Origin: an uncultured Nitrososphaerota archaeon
Lineage (GTDB): Archaea > Asgardarchaeota > Njordarchaeia > Njordarchaeales > Panguiarchaeaceae
Assembly: GCA_964636085.1 (NCBI GenBank)
Contig: CAZWPQ010000013.1
Coordinates: forward strand, 1 to 56,921
Length of the DNA: 56,921 bases
Reading direction: 5' to 3'
The notes under the pieces are model-generated. The model had not been told where the DNA came from and did no database searches. It saw only the letters and a program-made list of their open reading frames with translations. Shown piece after piece: positions 37,797-48,257 of this stretch; within the stretch, counting starts at the first letter, position 1, and each line of letters opens with the position of its first letter. Both the position numbers and the translations under genes were made by a program.

Positions 37797-38972
37797 CTAT
37801 TCATATCTTAAGGCCACAACTGGGTCCAGCTTAGATGCTCTCCACGCGGGGTATAATCCTGAGACTAGGCTGAAACCTATGGCCACTGCTGCGGATGTGA
37901 TAAATATATCCACGGAGAAGTATGGGTTGATGAAGGGAAATTGTGGGAAGAATATAGACTTTAGGGCATATGAGAGGACAACACCCATTACCATACCTAT
38001 TATACAACCCATTATACCTATGATTAGTGCCTCATATAGGAACATTTTTAGTATGTGAACCTTTTTGAATCCGATTGCCTTAAGCACACCAATTTCTCTA
38101 ATTCTCTCTAACATTGAAGTATATAGAGTTGTTATTATCCCGATCGAGGCGACCATGAGAGATACTACGGATATTGCTAGGATATACATATTTATCGCCC
38201 CCAAAATCGTGTCGACAGTCTCCTTTATCATTTGAGGAGTCAGCGTATTGAATCCATATTTATCGGCGATCTCCTGCGCGATAACCTCAGTATATTTATC
38301 GTTCTCGGTCACAATGTATAGGTGATCGTATTCGTCAGCATCAAAGAATTTCTTCGCCGATCTCAACGGTAGAAAAACCTGTTCATCAACGGGAACAAAA
38401 TAACTACCAATCCCCCTAAAAATCCCCCTCACAACAAAACTCTTCTCCGCCATTTTTTGTTCTCCTTGTTCAAACCATGCATAGGTTATCCTTATAGCAT
38501 CACCAACATCCGCAAACTTGGTCCCGTCCGGATTGTAGGCAACCTTATGGCCCAAGACAAGTCCAACATAGTCTGTCTCCGATGGCAATACTCCTTCTTT
38601 GAGCTTCAATTCAGGAACTAGATAGTGCAGCTTATCTAGATTAATACCAACAATCATAGCTGTCTTTTCTTTTCCTCCTACACTCAATGTAGCAAAACGT
38701 GATATAGCTGGCAAAACTTCCATTACTCCATCCATATCCTTTATGTCATTGACTATGTAATCATCGATTAGTTGACTTTGATCCGTAGGAATCACTACAA
38801 TTATATTTGTACCAAATTTTTCGAACTCACTTGCAATAAACCTCTGCGTGCCCTTACTTACCCCCTCTACTCCGACCAGTAGTGTTACACCAACGATAAC
38901 CATTAATATTGTCAGTGCCGACCTAAGCTTTCTTTCCTTTAGAGCCTCAAATGCAAGTATCATAAACTCCAT
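37797..38972 (-). CDS. MacB/FtsX-family ABC transporter permease
   Basis: RKLRSALT, ERIREIGVLKAIG and PAWRASKLDPVVALRYE. Confidence 0.95.
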   Translation of the reverse strand: MEFMILAFEALKERKLRSALTILMVIVGVTLLVGVEGVSKGTQRFIASEFEKFGTNIIVVIPTDQSQLIDDYIVNDIKDMDGVMEVLPAISRFATLSVGGKEKTAMIVGINLDKLHYLVPELKLKEGVLPSETDYVGLVLGHKVAYNPDGTKFADVGDAIRITYAWFEQGEQKMAEKSFVVRGIFRGIGSYFVPVDEQVFLPLRSAKKFFDADEYDHLYIVTENDKYTEVIAQEIADKYGFNTLTPQMIKETVDTILGAINMYILAISVVSLMVASIGIITTLYTSMLERIREIGVLKAIGFKKVHILKMFLYEALIIGIMGCIIGMVMGVVLSYALKSIFFPQFPFINPYFSVDIFITSAAVAIGFSLVSGLYPAWRASKLDPVVALRYE

Positions 38973-38975
38973 TCA

Positions 38976-40850
38976 TTATTCCCCTTTTGTCCTTCTCCGC
39001 CTTATAAAGAGGACAATAGCCATTATCCCAATGATCATGCCGGCGTATACATATCCCGTGTATCTGCCGATGGCAACACCACTTTTCACCGTTGCTGTGG
39101 TTGTATTATATATTGCTGGAATTACAAATACCAATACTTCGCTGTGGAGATAATACATATCATCATAATAGTACAATAGTAGCGTTACAGTATAGTTTCC
39201 TTCGTCTATTCCATCTTTGAATCTAAACTTGAGCCCGAAGGGTATTGGTGAATTGGGCTCTATATCGCCTATATATGTAAAGCTTTCAGCCAACAACTCG
39301 ATATATTCTTCTGGGACAACACTAGCATTTGCAAACTGGGCCGTGGCTAGACCCATATTTAACACAGTTACCGATATCTCCGTATCCGAGCCAATAACCG
39401 CTGGATATGGATTTATCTTATAATCAAAGAATCTCAATTGGATGTGGCCCCTAATAACTAGACCAACATCATGAGATTCGGAGTAAGTATTGCCATATTT
39501 GTCTGTAAAGCTTATGTCTAGGGTAAGTTGTAGAGTTTGCCCAATAAGCTCTATTTCACCATAGACACCAGCAATTACTTTGGCAGGTACATACATCTCC
39601 AATACTAGCGTTAAATTATCTCCTGGCGAAACATCATGGAAAGTCCACTCAGTATCACTAAACATTGCTACGTATGAGGGATATGAAACAGTAATATCCA
39701 CAGTACCATGCCACAAGTTATTATTGACCGTTATATTTAACGTGGTTCTCCTACCAGCATATATGTGATCCGCAGATGGATAAACCTTTGTTCTGCTCGG
39801 TATCTCAACATCAATTCTCCATGTATTTGTAGCGTCCGTATAGTTATCGGATACCTTAACCATCAACGTATGCGTGCCAAAGTCATTCTCAGTCGTAAAG
39901 TATGTATAACTTGTAACGTTAATCCCCTCGGCAACAGTATCGCCATCCAATATCCATTCATAATACAGTGTATCGTTATCGGGATCTTTAGCCTTAACTG
40001 AAAATGTCTTGTTATCCCCCGCAATGATCGTGACAGTGGCAGAAGATGGTTCCACTGAGGTTATTTCTGGCCCGCGATTCTCAACATTAACTGTCCATGT
40101 ATAACTGGAGGATAAATCATAATCCGATACCTCCACAGTTATACTATGCGTACCGATATCATCGTGAGTAGGTACATATGTAAAATTCGTAATATTCTCT
40201 CCCTCCACAACAACATCGCCATCGATCTTCCATTTATAGTATAACGTATCATTATCTGGATCCTCTGCCTCCACCGAAAATGTTTCATTGCCCCCTACAT
40301 ATATTGTAACGGTGGTCGATTCTGGCTCAGTTTTTTTGATATCGGGTGCCCTATTAGGGATCGATACGCTAACTTCTAGGTCCTTTGGTATGCCTTCGTA
40401 GTATCCAGAGCTGTTTAGTGCATAGTATGTCAGCCTCAAGTTTAATGTATACACTCCCTTTGTAGCTTTATCACTAATGTCTAACCTAAATGTCAAATAG
40501 AATGATCCATATGGAATAACATCACCAGTTTCATTTTCTTGTTCAATGGCAATTCCTTGGGCCGTCGATACATTATCCCCAGTTAACGAATCTCTAAAGT
40601 ATTCAGTCAAATTTAGATATCCTACAATGCCTCGGAGATAATAGCTTGAGTGCTGTTGTATTATTATTGTTAAAGGAACATTTCTATCTCCTGGTTCAGG
40701 GGACATTGTAGTATCGATTGTACCCCAATATGTCTTAACGATGGTGAAATCCACATCAACACTCGGAATAGACTTTACTGGCCTTATAAAGACACACGCC
40801 AAAAAAACACAAACAACTAGCCCCAGAGATATGCCTTTATTTTCTCCCAT
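38976..40850 (-). CDS. COG1361-type S-layer domain protein with tandem Ig-like (PKD/cadherin-like) repeats
   Basis: Signal peptide, two ~91-aa NRxPxI...DPDNDTLYY.W..DG repeats and a C-terminal TM. Its position inside the MacB-type operon is typical for this family. Confidence 0.8.
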   Translation of the reverse strand: MGENKGISLGLVVCVFLACVFIRPVKSIPSVDVDFTIVKTYWGTIDTTMSPEPGDRNVPLTIIIQQHSSYYLRGIVGYLNLTEYFRDSLTGDNVSTAQGIAIEQENETGDVIPYGSFYLTFRLDISDKATKGVYTLNLRLTYYALNSSGYYEGIPKDLEVSVSIPNRAPDIKKTEPESTTVTIYVGGNETFSVEAEDPDNDTLYYKWKIDGDVVVEGENITNFTYVPTHDDIGTHSITVEVSDYDLSSSYTWTVNVENRGPEITSVEPSSATVTIIAGDNKTFSVKAKDPDNDTLYYEWILDGDTVAEGINVTSYTYFTTENDFGTHTLMVKVSDNYTDATNTWRIDVEIPSRTKVYPSADHIYAGRRTTLNITVNNNLWHGTVDITVSYPSYVAMFSDTEWTFHDVSPGDNLTLVLEMYVPAKVIAGVYGEIELIGQTLQLTLDISFTDKYGNTYSESHDVGLVIRGHIQLRFFDYKINPYPAVIGSDTEISVTVLNMGLATAQFANASVVPEEYIELLAESFTYIGDIEPNSPIPFGLKFRFKDGIDEGNYTVTLLLYYYDDMYYLHSEVLVFVIPAIYNTTTATVKSGVAIGRYTGYVYAGMIIGIMAIVLFIRRRRTKGE

Positions 40851-41916
40851 TTACAACCTCCTCCCTAATAATCTTACCATCCCTAATATGGAATATCTTA
40901 TCCGCAATCTCGGCGACGGATCTATCATGAGTCACAACTATAACAGTTGTGTTAAACTCCTTATTAAGCATTCTCAGATACCTCATCACTTCTTCACCAG
41001 TCTTGGAGTCGAGATTGCCCGTTGGCTCGTCTGCAAGTATTATTATGGGATTATTCATAAGTGCTCTTGCTATAGCTACTCTTTGTTGTTGCCCTCCACT
41101 AAGATATACGGGCCTCCTCTTAAAAGCGCTATCATCGAGGCCCATTATTCTAAGCAATTTTTTCGCCCTCTCTATTCGCTCCTTCTTAGACATTCCAGAA
41201 ACAATACTGGGTAATTCAACATTACGTAGAACCGATGTTCTAGTTATTAAATTAAACATCTGAAACACAAAGCCTATCTTCCTATTCCTAAGCTCCGCCA
41301 ACGCATTATCATCCAACTTGGATATGTCGACCCCCTCTATAAATATCTTGCCCTTGGTTGGCCTGTCTAATGCACCAATAAGGTTTAGGAGTGTGGATTT
41401 CCCAGAACCCGACGGCCCCATAATCGCAACAAATTCCCCTCTTTTTATTTTCAACGAAATACCCCTCAAGGCATGTACAACAATTTCTCCCACATAGTAA
41501 TCCTTATAGACATCCTCAAGCTCAATTACGTACTCAGAATCACCATTCGCCATAATCTCATATATCCTTGCATAGCCCCCCAAATCGCTAATGTACTCAT
41601 TAAAATAAATACCTAGGCACCCACACGACATAGCCATTACTGCACTAATTAAGGGAACGAAATATCCATCACCGACATAGTTAAGGATCTGAATCAATCC
41701 GTTCGATATCTCCATCGCCATTAGGAGGTTTGGGAGAAACAAACTATTAAACTTAAGCAAAACAAACAAGCTTATGGTAGCAATAAAGATCGTCAAAATA
41801 GAGCCTAGCCTTATAAATCCTCTTATACCATATAGAAGTAGTAAAATTCTGTCAACGATTATCATAAGCAATAAGCAACCATAAATGCCCCGATCACATG
41901 GCAAACATAACACCAA
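40837..41916 (-). CDS. MacB/LolD-family ABC ATP-binding protein (core from ATG 41553, preceded in frame by a hydrophobic segment)
   Basis: GPSGSGKST, LSGGQQQRVAIARAL, ILADEPTGNLD and VTHD. Confidence 0.9.
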   Translation of the reverse strand: MVLCLPCDRGIYGCLLLMIIVDRILLLLYGIRGFIRLGSILTIFIATISLFVLLKFNSLFLPNLLMAMEISNGLIQILNYVGDGYFVPLISAVMAMSCGCLGIYFNEYISDLGGYARIYEIMANGDSEYVIELEDVYKDYYVGEIVVHALRGISLKIKRGEFVAIMGPSGSGKSTLLNLIGALDRPTKGKIFIEGVDISKLDDNALAELRNRKIGFVFQMFNLITRTSVLRNVELPSIVSGMSKKERIERAKKLLRIMGLDDSAFKRRPVYLSGGQQQRVAIARALMNNPIIILADEPTGNLDSKTGEEVMRYLRMLNKEFNTTVIVVTHDRSVAEIADKIFHIRDGKIIREEVVNGRK

Positions 41917-42011
41917 TCTATATGCATATATAATTGTACTTATAATAACATATATAAAGCAAAGAACATTTCTATGTCCCCTAAAAGCATTATTAGGCCT
42001 ATAAAATAGGC

Positions 42012-43319
42012 CTATAAGATGGTCTGCACTATTCTCCTTCTTTTTTCTCGAACAAAAAATGTCTTTGAGGAAGTTGTCTTGAAGCGTTGTTCTGCGTGCT
42101 TTTTTGGCTCAATCTTAGGGGGTGCTGATATGGGCTCCAAAATTGCTTCCGTTGGTTTTCCTGTTATTTTCTCAAAGATTTCCCTGCTAAAGCTTATGGT
42201 TATGTTTCTCTCGAATGCTTTTCTTCTCAAGTCATCACTTTTCGCTATGATCTCTTGCCATGCTCTCTTTGCCGCATATGTGATTATGTTTTTTATTCTC
42301 TCGTCCCTAGCATATATCATGACTATTTTCGCTATTTCTGGCGACATTGGTCCCTTACTTTTGCCTCTCAACACATCTGCCCAAGAGTCATGTGGTAGCC
42401 TGAAACTATATGTTGCTTCGTCTCTAACCAGATACCTAGCTATGTCCTCTATTTCGGCATCCATCATTATGTCCTCTATATTCAGCCTCTGTTTCATAGC
42501 TCTCTCTTTCGCAGCCAGATATACATAGTAATACAGGTCCTGATGGATAGCATATTTCACAAAGTAGGTCATACATAGTAATGTTATCAGGACTTCACGC
42601 CGCCATTTTCTCCCCCCGAGAATCCTCCACAATATATCGTCAACATAGTCCAGCATTCCTTGAGGTATCATCCTTGCATGTTCCAATGTTAGTGGCTCTC
42701 CCCTTATTTTAAGTTCCCTTATCACCTGCCATACATATACTGGCAATCCCTCAGCCTTCTCTACAATTTTATTCACAGCCTCCATACTTGCTATCTTTAC
42801 TGCCTCCTTCTCGGCATACTTTAGAAGCATCTCCCTCAATTTTTCTCTACTCATCAGTGTTACTCTTATAGACTCAAAATAGTCGTAAATATTTATACCA
42901 AGTCTCTCCCTGATCAATGAAACCTCCTCTACCCTAGCCGTTGCAATTATCCCTCTTACATTGTTCTTTACTATGCTACGGAGCGCATCGGGATTCATCC
43001 TCGGTATATCGTCATAGAAAAGGATCATGCCCCTCTTCTCATGTTCCCTGCCAATGCTACTAACACCATCCTTAATATACCCCACGGGCCGTATCCCCAA
43101 TAGCCTCTTTATCACCATAAAGACCAATGCCGTCTTACCCACACCAGCTCTCCCCTCGATAAGCACATTCTGGCCCTCTATCAAAAGTTTTACAGCCATT
43201 TCAACAGCCCTAGCTCTATCCTCATCAAATATAAAGACCTCTGAAAGATAGGCAGGTAATCTCAATAATCCACGATCCCCAACGAGATCATTCAGAGACT
43301 CTATCTCCTCATAGTACAT
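42012..43319 (-). CDS. P-loop NTPase (AAA+/STAND-like)
   Basis: Walker A GRAGVGKT, Walker B LFYDD, IIATAR, and the helical-domain motif AEGLP. Confidence 0.75.
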   Translation of the reverse strand: MYYEEIESLNDLVGDRGLLRLPAYLSEVFIFDEDRARAVEMAVKLLIEGQNVLIEGRAGVGKTALVFMVIKRLLGIRPVGYIKDGVSSIGREHEKRGMILFYDDIPRMNPDALRSIVKNNVRGIIATARVEEVSLIRERLGINIYDYFESIRVTLMSREKLREMLLKYAEKEAVKIASMEAVNKIVEKAEGLPVYVWQVIRELKIRGEPLTLEHARMIPQGMLDYVDDILWRILGGRKWRREVLITLLCMTYFVKYAIHQDLYYYVYLAAKERAMKQRLNIEDIMMDAEIEDIARYLVRDEATYSFRLPHDSWADVLRGKSKGPMSPEIAKIVMIYARDERIKNIITYAAKRAWQEIIAKSDDLRRKAFERNITISFSREIFEKITGKPTEAILEPISAPPKIEPKKHAEQRFKTTSSKTFFVREKRRRIVQTIL

Positions 43320-43364
43320 TCATATAGCACCCATTCTTCCCCTATGGTGCCCAGCAAGAGGCGG

Positions 43365-44462
43365 TTATGCAATGGAGGATTTATCGACGAATATGTCTCC
43401 CTTATTGTTGTCCTTAAGGGTATTTCCAGAAAGCCTAGCCATAGAATTACGAACCACATATACCCCCCTATTCAAGTTCCTAGAGATATCATTCCCGTGT
43501 ATTTCTGCTGAAGAACCAGTGGTGAGGTATATCCCGAACTTTTGATTTTCGACTATCTTATTCCCAGCCCCTATATCAGCACTTGATTCCCCAAATAATG
43601 CAATTCCAGAGTCTTTATTTCCCAATAGCTCATTTTTATAGATATTTGCCGATGAATTTGCAGTGAGATATAGGCCATGTACTTCGTTGGCAGTAATTTT
43701 ATTATGACCTATATCAGCACTCGATCTCCCAAATAATGCGATTCCAGAGCCCCTATTCTCCATGACCTCATTCCTATAGATATTCGCCGAGGAGTTGACA
43801 GCTACGTATATACCAATAAGCCCATTATTAATTATCTTGTTGTGACATATCTCGGCGCTTGACCCTCCAAATAAAGTGATTCCATTTCGATCATTCCCAT
43901 AGATATTATTGCCATAGATCGTTGCCGATGATCTAGTGTCTATATATATTCCATGCAGTTTATTCTCTACGATCTCGCTATCGCCTATAATAGCACTCGA
44001 CTCTGTATCCAGGGCTATGCCATTTGTACCATTTCTTACCATTTTAGTGTCTGAGATCACTACTGTTGATTTCAATTGGACATATACTCCATTTGACTTG
44101 TTGTTTCTTATTTCACAATTTACTATTTCCACATGAGATTTCCTAGTAATGACACCAACCCATGATTTCTCAACAATGCAATCCTCAATAACCACTACTG
44201 GTGACGCCTCCACAGAGATCCCAACCTCTTCTTCTACTCTTACTGTGATACCCCTCATCTCCACCCTTGATAATACTATTGATATGCTTCCAAGAATTAT
44301 TGTTCTGCCCTTTACTCCCTGAATAATTAAGTCCTTGTTCACAATTTCTATACTCTCCCTATATGTTCCCGGATCAATAAGGATCGTATTTCCCTCCTCC
44401 GCATTATTTATAGCTTCTTGGATCGAATCGAAGTCTTGAGGAACTCTTATAGTCCTAGGCAT
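43365..44462 (-). CDS. Right-handed parallel beta-helix (CASH/DUF1565-like) repeat protein without a signal peptide
   Basis: IRVP.DFDSIQEAI..GTYRE start and about 10 23-aa GI.....SSA.I..N.I..N repeats. Confidence 0.85.
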   Translation of the reverse strand: MPRTIRVPQDFDSIQEAINNAEEGNTILIDPGTYRESIEIVNKDLIIQGVKGRTIILGSISIVLSRVEMRGITVRVEEEVGISVEASPVVVIEDCIVEKSWVGVITRKSHVEIVNCEIRNNKSNGVYVQLKSTVVISDTKMVRNGTNGIALDTESSAIIGDSEIVENKLHGIYIDTRSSATIYGNNIYGNDRNGITLFGGSSAEICHNKIINNGLIGIYVAVNSSANIYRNEVMENRGSGIALFGRSSADIGHNKITANEVHGLYLTANSSANIYKNELLGNKDSGIALFGESSADIGAGNKIVENQKFGIYLTTGSSAEIHGNDISRNLNRGVYVVRNSMARLSGNTLKDNNKGDIFVDKSSIA

Positions 44463-44721
44463 GCCACACACACCGAGAGGAACGAAGCAATTTAATGAGT
44501 CAATATACTTAGGCTCTTTCAAAGACTGTCATATAACATTAACAATTTACAATATAATATCCTCAACGACATTTATAATTCTACACCACAGCTCATGCCT
44601 CAAGGTGTCTATAGGCATATTAGGGCCTCATTTTTCTTGCTATATGGTCCAATTTTCGCTTACAAACGCACCAAAAATCAAACAAATAATATAGAAATAA
44701 TGAGATGTTAAAAAATAGAAA

Positions 44722-46485
44722 CTAGCTAGATAAGCCTTTCTTTATTTCTTCTATCTCTCTTCTTCGATCCTCAGGCCAGGTATCCTTTATCATTGGATGC
44801 CATACCTTCTTCTCTTTAGCTATCTTTATCGCCCTTTCATATCCAGCATCTGCATGACGCACTATGCCTAGGCCAGGGTCTACCGTAAGTACTCTGACTA
44901 TTCTCTTCTCCATCTCTGGCCTTCCATCACATACTAGTGACATGCCCGCATGTATTGATAGGCCCATACCTACACCGCCACCATGATGGACTGCTACCCA
45001 TGAAGCTCCAGCAATGGCATTCAATATGGCGTTCAGGATGGGCCAGTCTGCAATAGCATCACTACCATCTTTCATCCCCTCAGTTTCTCTTGTAGGTGAT
45101 GCTACAGATCCGGAATCTAAGTGATCTCTACCTATCCATATGGGGCCTGATAATTTTCCTCTTCTCACCATTTCATTGATTATTTTGCCAAGACGCGCCC
45201 TCTGGCCATACCCCAGCCAACATACTCTTGCTGGAAGTCCTTGGAATGGAACAAACTTCTCGGCCATTTCTATCCATCGAACTAGGATCTTGTCGTCCTT
45301 AAACTCTTTCTTAATTTCAGCATCGATCTTATGTATGTCCTCCGGATCCCCTACTAGAGAAGTAAATCTGAATGGCCCTCTCCCCTCACAGAAGAGCGGT
45401 CTTATGTATTTCTTTACAAAACCAGGAAAAGCGAAGGCCCCCTCAAAGCCAGCATCATATGCTTGTTGCCTAATCCCATTTCCATACTCAAATACTATTG
45501 TTCCCCTCTTATAGAACTCGACCATTGCCTTTACATGCCTAACCACACTCTTCTTAGCTAGACTTATGTATTCCTTAGGATCTGTTTCCCTCAATTCATC
45601 GGCCTCCTCGCGGGATAGGCCAGCAGGATAGTATCCTCTCAGCAAATCATGTGCTGCTGTTTGATCTGTCATCAAGTCTGGCTTAATCCCCCTTTTCAGT
45701 AGTTCCTCATAAACATCTACCGCATTCGCCAATACTCCGACACTCATTGGTTGGTTTTCCTCTAATGCATTTTTCACGATCTCAATAGCCTCATCTATAT
45801 CCTCCGTTTTTTCCATAAGATATCCATGGTCTATACATTTCTCTATGGCTTCCTTTCTAATCTCAGCAAACAATCCAACACCCTCATTCATTACAGTGGC
45901 TAACGGCTGAGCACCCCCCATCTCTCCTAGACCTGCCGATAATAGAAATCTTCCCCTAAGTGTCCCCCCAAAGGGCTCTGCTGCTTTTGCAAGTGTCTCG
46001 AATGTGCCTTGGATAATCCCTTGGTGGCCAATATAGTTCCAACATCCAGCAGTCATTTGACCAAACATTATCAGGCCTTTTTGCTCTAGTTCTAAAAAGT
46101 AGTCCCATGTGGCCCATCTTGGAACCAATAAACTATTGGCAAATATTATTCTTGGCGAATACTCATGTGTTTTGAACACCCCGACCGGCTTTCCACTCTG
46201 GATTAATAGTGTTTCGTCGGGCTCCATCTCTAGTAATGTCTCAACTATTACTTCTAACGCCTCCCAATTCCTAGCGGCTTTCCCCGTGCCCCCATAAACA
46301 ACTAGGTTCTGTGGGTCCTTGGCCACATCGGGCGATAATACATTAAATAGCATCCTAAGTGCTCCTTCTATCTGCCAGTCCGCACAGTGAAGATCTGGCC
46401 CGGTTATAATATTCATGTTTCTATTCTTAACCCTAGCGAGAATTTCTTGCTTCTTCCTCAGTTTTTCCAGATCGTGAGCAGACAT
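44722..46485 (-). CDS. hutU: Urocanate hydratase
   Basis: [48 protein letters not shown] and HHGGGVG. Confidence 0.97.
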   Translation of the reverse strand: MSAHDLEKLRKKQEILARVKNRNMNIITGPDLHCADWQIEGALRMLFNVLSPDVAKDPQNLVVYGGTGKAARNWEALEVIVETLLEMEPDETLLIQSGKPVGVFKTHEYSPRIIFANSLLVPRWATWDYFLELEQKGLIMFGQMTAGCWNYIGHQGIIQGTFETLAKAAEPFGGTLRGRFLLSAGLGEMGGAQPLATVMNEGVGLFAEIRKEAIEKCIDHGYLMEKTEDIDEAIEIVKNALEENQPMSVGVLANAVDVYEELLKRGIKPDLMTDQTAAHDLLRGYYPAGLSREEADELRETDPKEYISLAKKSVVRHVKAMVEFYKRGTIVFEYGNGIRQQAYDAGFEGAFAFPGFVKKYIRPLFCEGRGPFRFTSLVGDPEDIHKIDAEIKKEFKDDKILVRWIEMAEKFVPFQGLPARVCWLGYGQRARLGKIINEMVRRGKLSGPIWIGRDHLDSGSVASPTRETEGMKDGSDAIADWPILNAILNAIAGASWVAVHHGGGVGMGLSIHAGMSLVCDGRPEMEKRIVRVLTVDPGLGIVRHADAGYERAIKIAKEKKVWHPMIKDTWPEDRRREIEEIKKGLSS

Positions 46486-46961
46486 ATATATCACCATTGC
46501 TACTACTTCTATTTAAAAAATACATAATTAATAATAATCCTACTTGTTTCACAACAACACTCCTGCGTATAAGGCTGAGTGGTTATACTGAAATTGATGC
46601 CGGCATCGCTTGATGAAGAATTAAAAGTAAAAATACTTCTAGGGGCATCGTATCCATGAAATTGGCTGTATGTATAGGTTTTTTTGAATAAAGTCCAGAT
46701 ATTTCTGGAGGGGAAATCTATGATTGTGTGCTAGTATGTTTCCTCACGATTAGAAAACCTAGACGCTATAGTGAGGAGTTTCTGGAGTGTTTGAGTAATA
46801 ATCATGCCTATGGGCTCTCGGACTCATAGCGATTGATTGCTAAGTAGGGGACATGAGGGATGGATGGCCGATTATCCACTCTCCAAATATAGAGTGATGC
46901 TTTCTTTTTTAAAACATTTTTTATTTATAATATTGGATACTCTATCTCACTCCACAAATAG

Positions 46962-48257
46962 GTGTATAATGAATTGCCCTATCCTCCCCGTCGTTACGAG
47001 AAATTGGTTAAGGCTAAGAAGTTATCCCAACTTACCCTTTGTTTCCTAGTATCCCTATTCTTTATGAAGCTATTGCTTGGTTTGGCCACTGGTAGTGTTG
47101 CCCTAATAGCAGATGCTTTCAACTCATTATCGGATACTCTGATGATTGTTGCGGCTTATTTCTCACTACGTATGTGTCTTACGAGGCCTGCAAAGACATT
47201 TCCATATGGATACTACAGATTAGAGGACATAATAGCCCTACTAATGGCGATCGGATTTTTTGGGTTATCAGCCTATATAATCTGGTACGGCATCCAACAT
47301 GTAATCGAGGGCTTTAAGGGGAGCGAAAACTTCCTTGTAGCGTTCTCTACAGCTATAACCGCTGGAATATTATCACTATACTTCTCCAAAGAACTTACAA
47401 AGGCCGCAAAAGAGGCCGGCGTAGTATCTCTTGGTCTTAGTGCTAGAGATCAAAAGTATGATGCTATAGCCGCGTTTTCTGTAGCTGTGAGTATAATACT
47501 CAATAACTATTATCCAGTACCATTTGAGGCATACGCCTCTATAGGCCTAGGGATATTCATAGCAATAACAGCTTTCAAGGGAGGAAAAATCGCAACTTTG
47601 AATCTCTTAGATGCTTGGATCCAGCCGGACCTTATCAACAAAATAAGAGAAATTATCAGTAGCTATGGCATATTAAAACCGGGAAGAATACGACTAAGGA
47701 GAACTGGACCTATCCTCTTTGGGGACGCGATAATCTATGCGCCTGAAGAGATGAGACTTGAGGATCTTGATGATATGATATCAGAGATTGAGGATAGGAT
47801 ATATAAGGCGATCCCAGAGCTCCAAGATATAATCATAGAGATTGAGCCTCTCGAAGAACCCATATTAATCTGCGCGATCCCCATCATCGATACAAAGAAC
47901 CAAAAACCGTCTATTGCGGATAGATTTGAATCCGCAGAGGGATACGCACTATTGGTTCTCGATACAAAAAGTGCTAGATCGGAGGTTAGGGTGATCATAC
48001 CAAACCACTACGCAAACAAGAGAAACGCCGAAGTCAAAATCTGTAAACTACTAATAAAGGAGGGGATAGACCTAGTCATTGTTAGGAACATAGGAGAAAT
48101 CGCCTTTGAATTATTAAGGGCATATAGTGTTGATGTATACTTCACTAATAAATATTCAATCGATGATGCTGTAAAAGAATTCTTCGAAAAAAGAATGGAA
48201 ATGATTGCGGATTATTCGGCAATAGAAAAAATTAAGAACGGTTCGGAAATCAGTTAA
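46962..48257 (+). CDS. Cation diffusion facilitator with a C-terminal NifX/NifB-like domain (paralog of 29933-31222)
   Basis: GSVALIADAFNSLSD, FPYGYYRLED and GDAIIYAPEEMR. Confidence 0.9.
   Translation: MYNELPYPPRRYEKLVKAKKLSQLTLCFLVSLFFMKLLLGLATGSVALIADAFNSLSDTLMIVAAYFSLRMCLTRPAKTFPYGYYRLEDIIALLMAIGFFGLSAYIIWYGIQHVIEGFKGSENFLVAFSTAITAGILSLYFSKELTKAAKEAGVVSLGLSARDQKYDAIAAFSVAVSIILNNYYPVPFEAYASIGLGIFIAITAFKGGKIATLNLLDAWIQPDLINKIREIISSYGILKPGRIRLRRTGPILFGDAIIYAPEEMRLEDLDDMISEIEDRIYKAIPELQDIIIEIEPLEEPILICAIPIIDTKNQKPSIADRFESAEGYALLVLDTKSARSEVRVIIPNHYANKRNAEVKICKLLIKEGIDLVIVRNIGEIAFELLRAYSVDVYFTNKYSIDDAVKEFFEKRMEMIADYSAIEKIKNGSEIS

Noticed and set aside
46500-46960. 460-bp gap between hutU and the CDF gene, with palindrome GATGCCGGCATC (46596-46607) and a TGATGA word
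   Set aside because: No correctly spaced D box and no recognisable peptide. It may be a decayed gene, but I cannot support a call.
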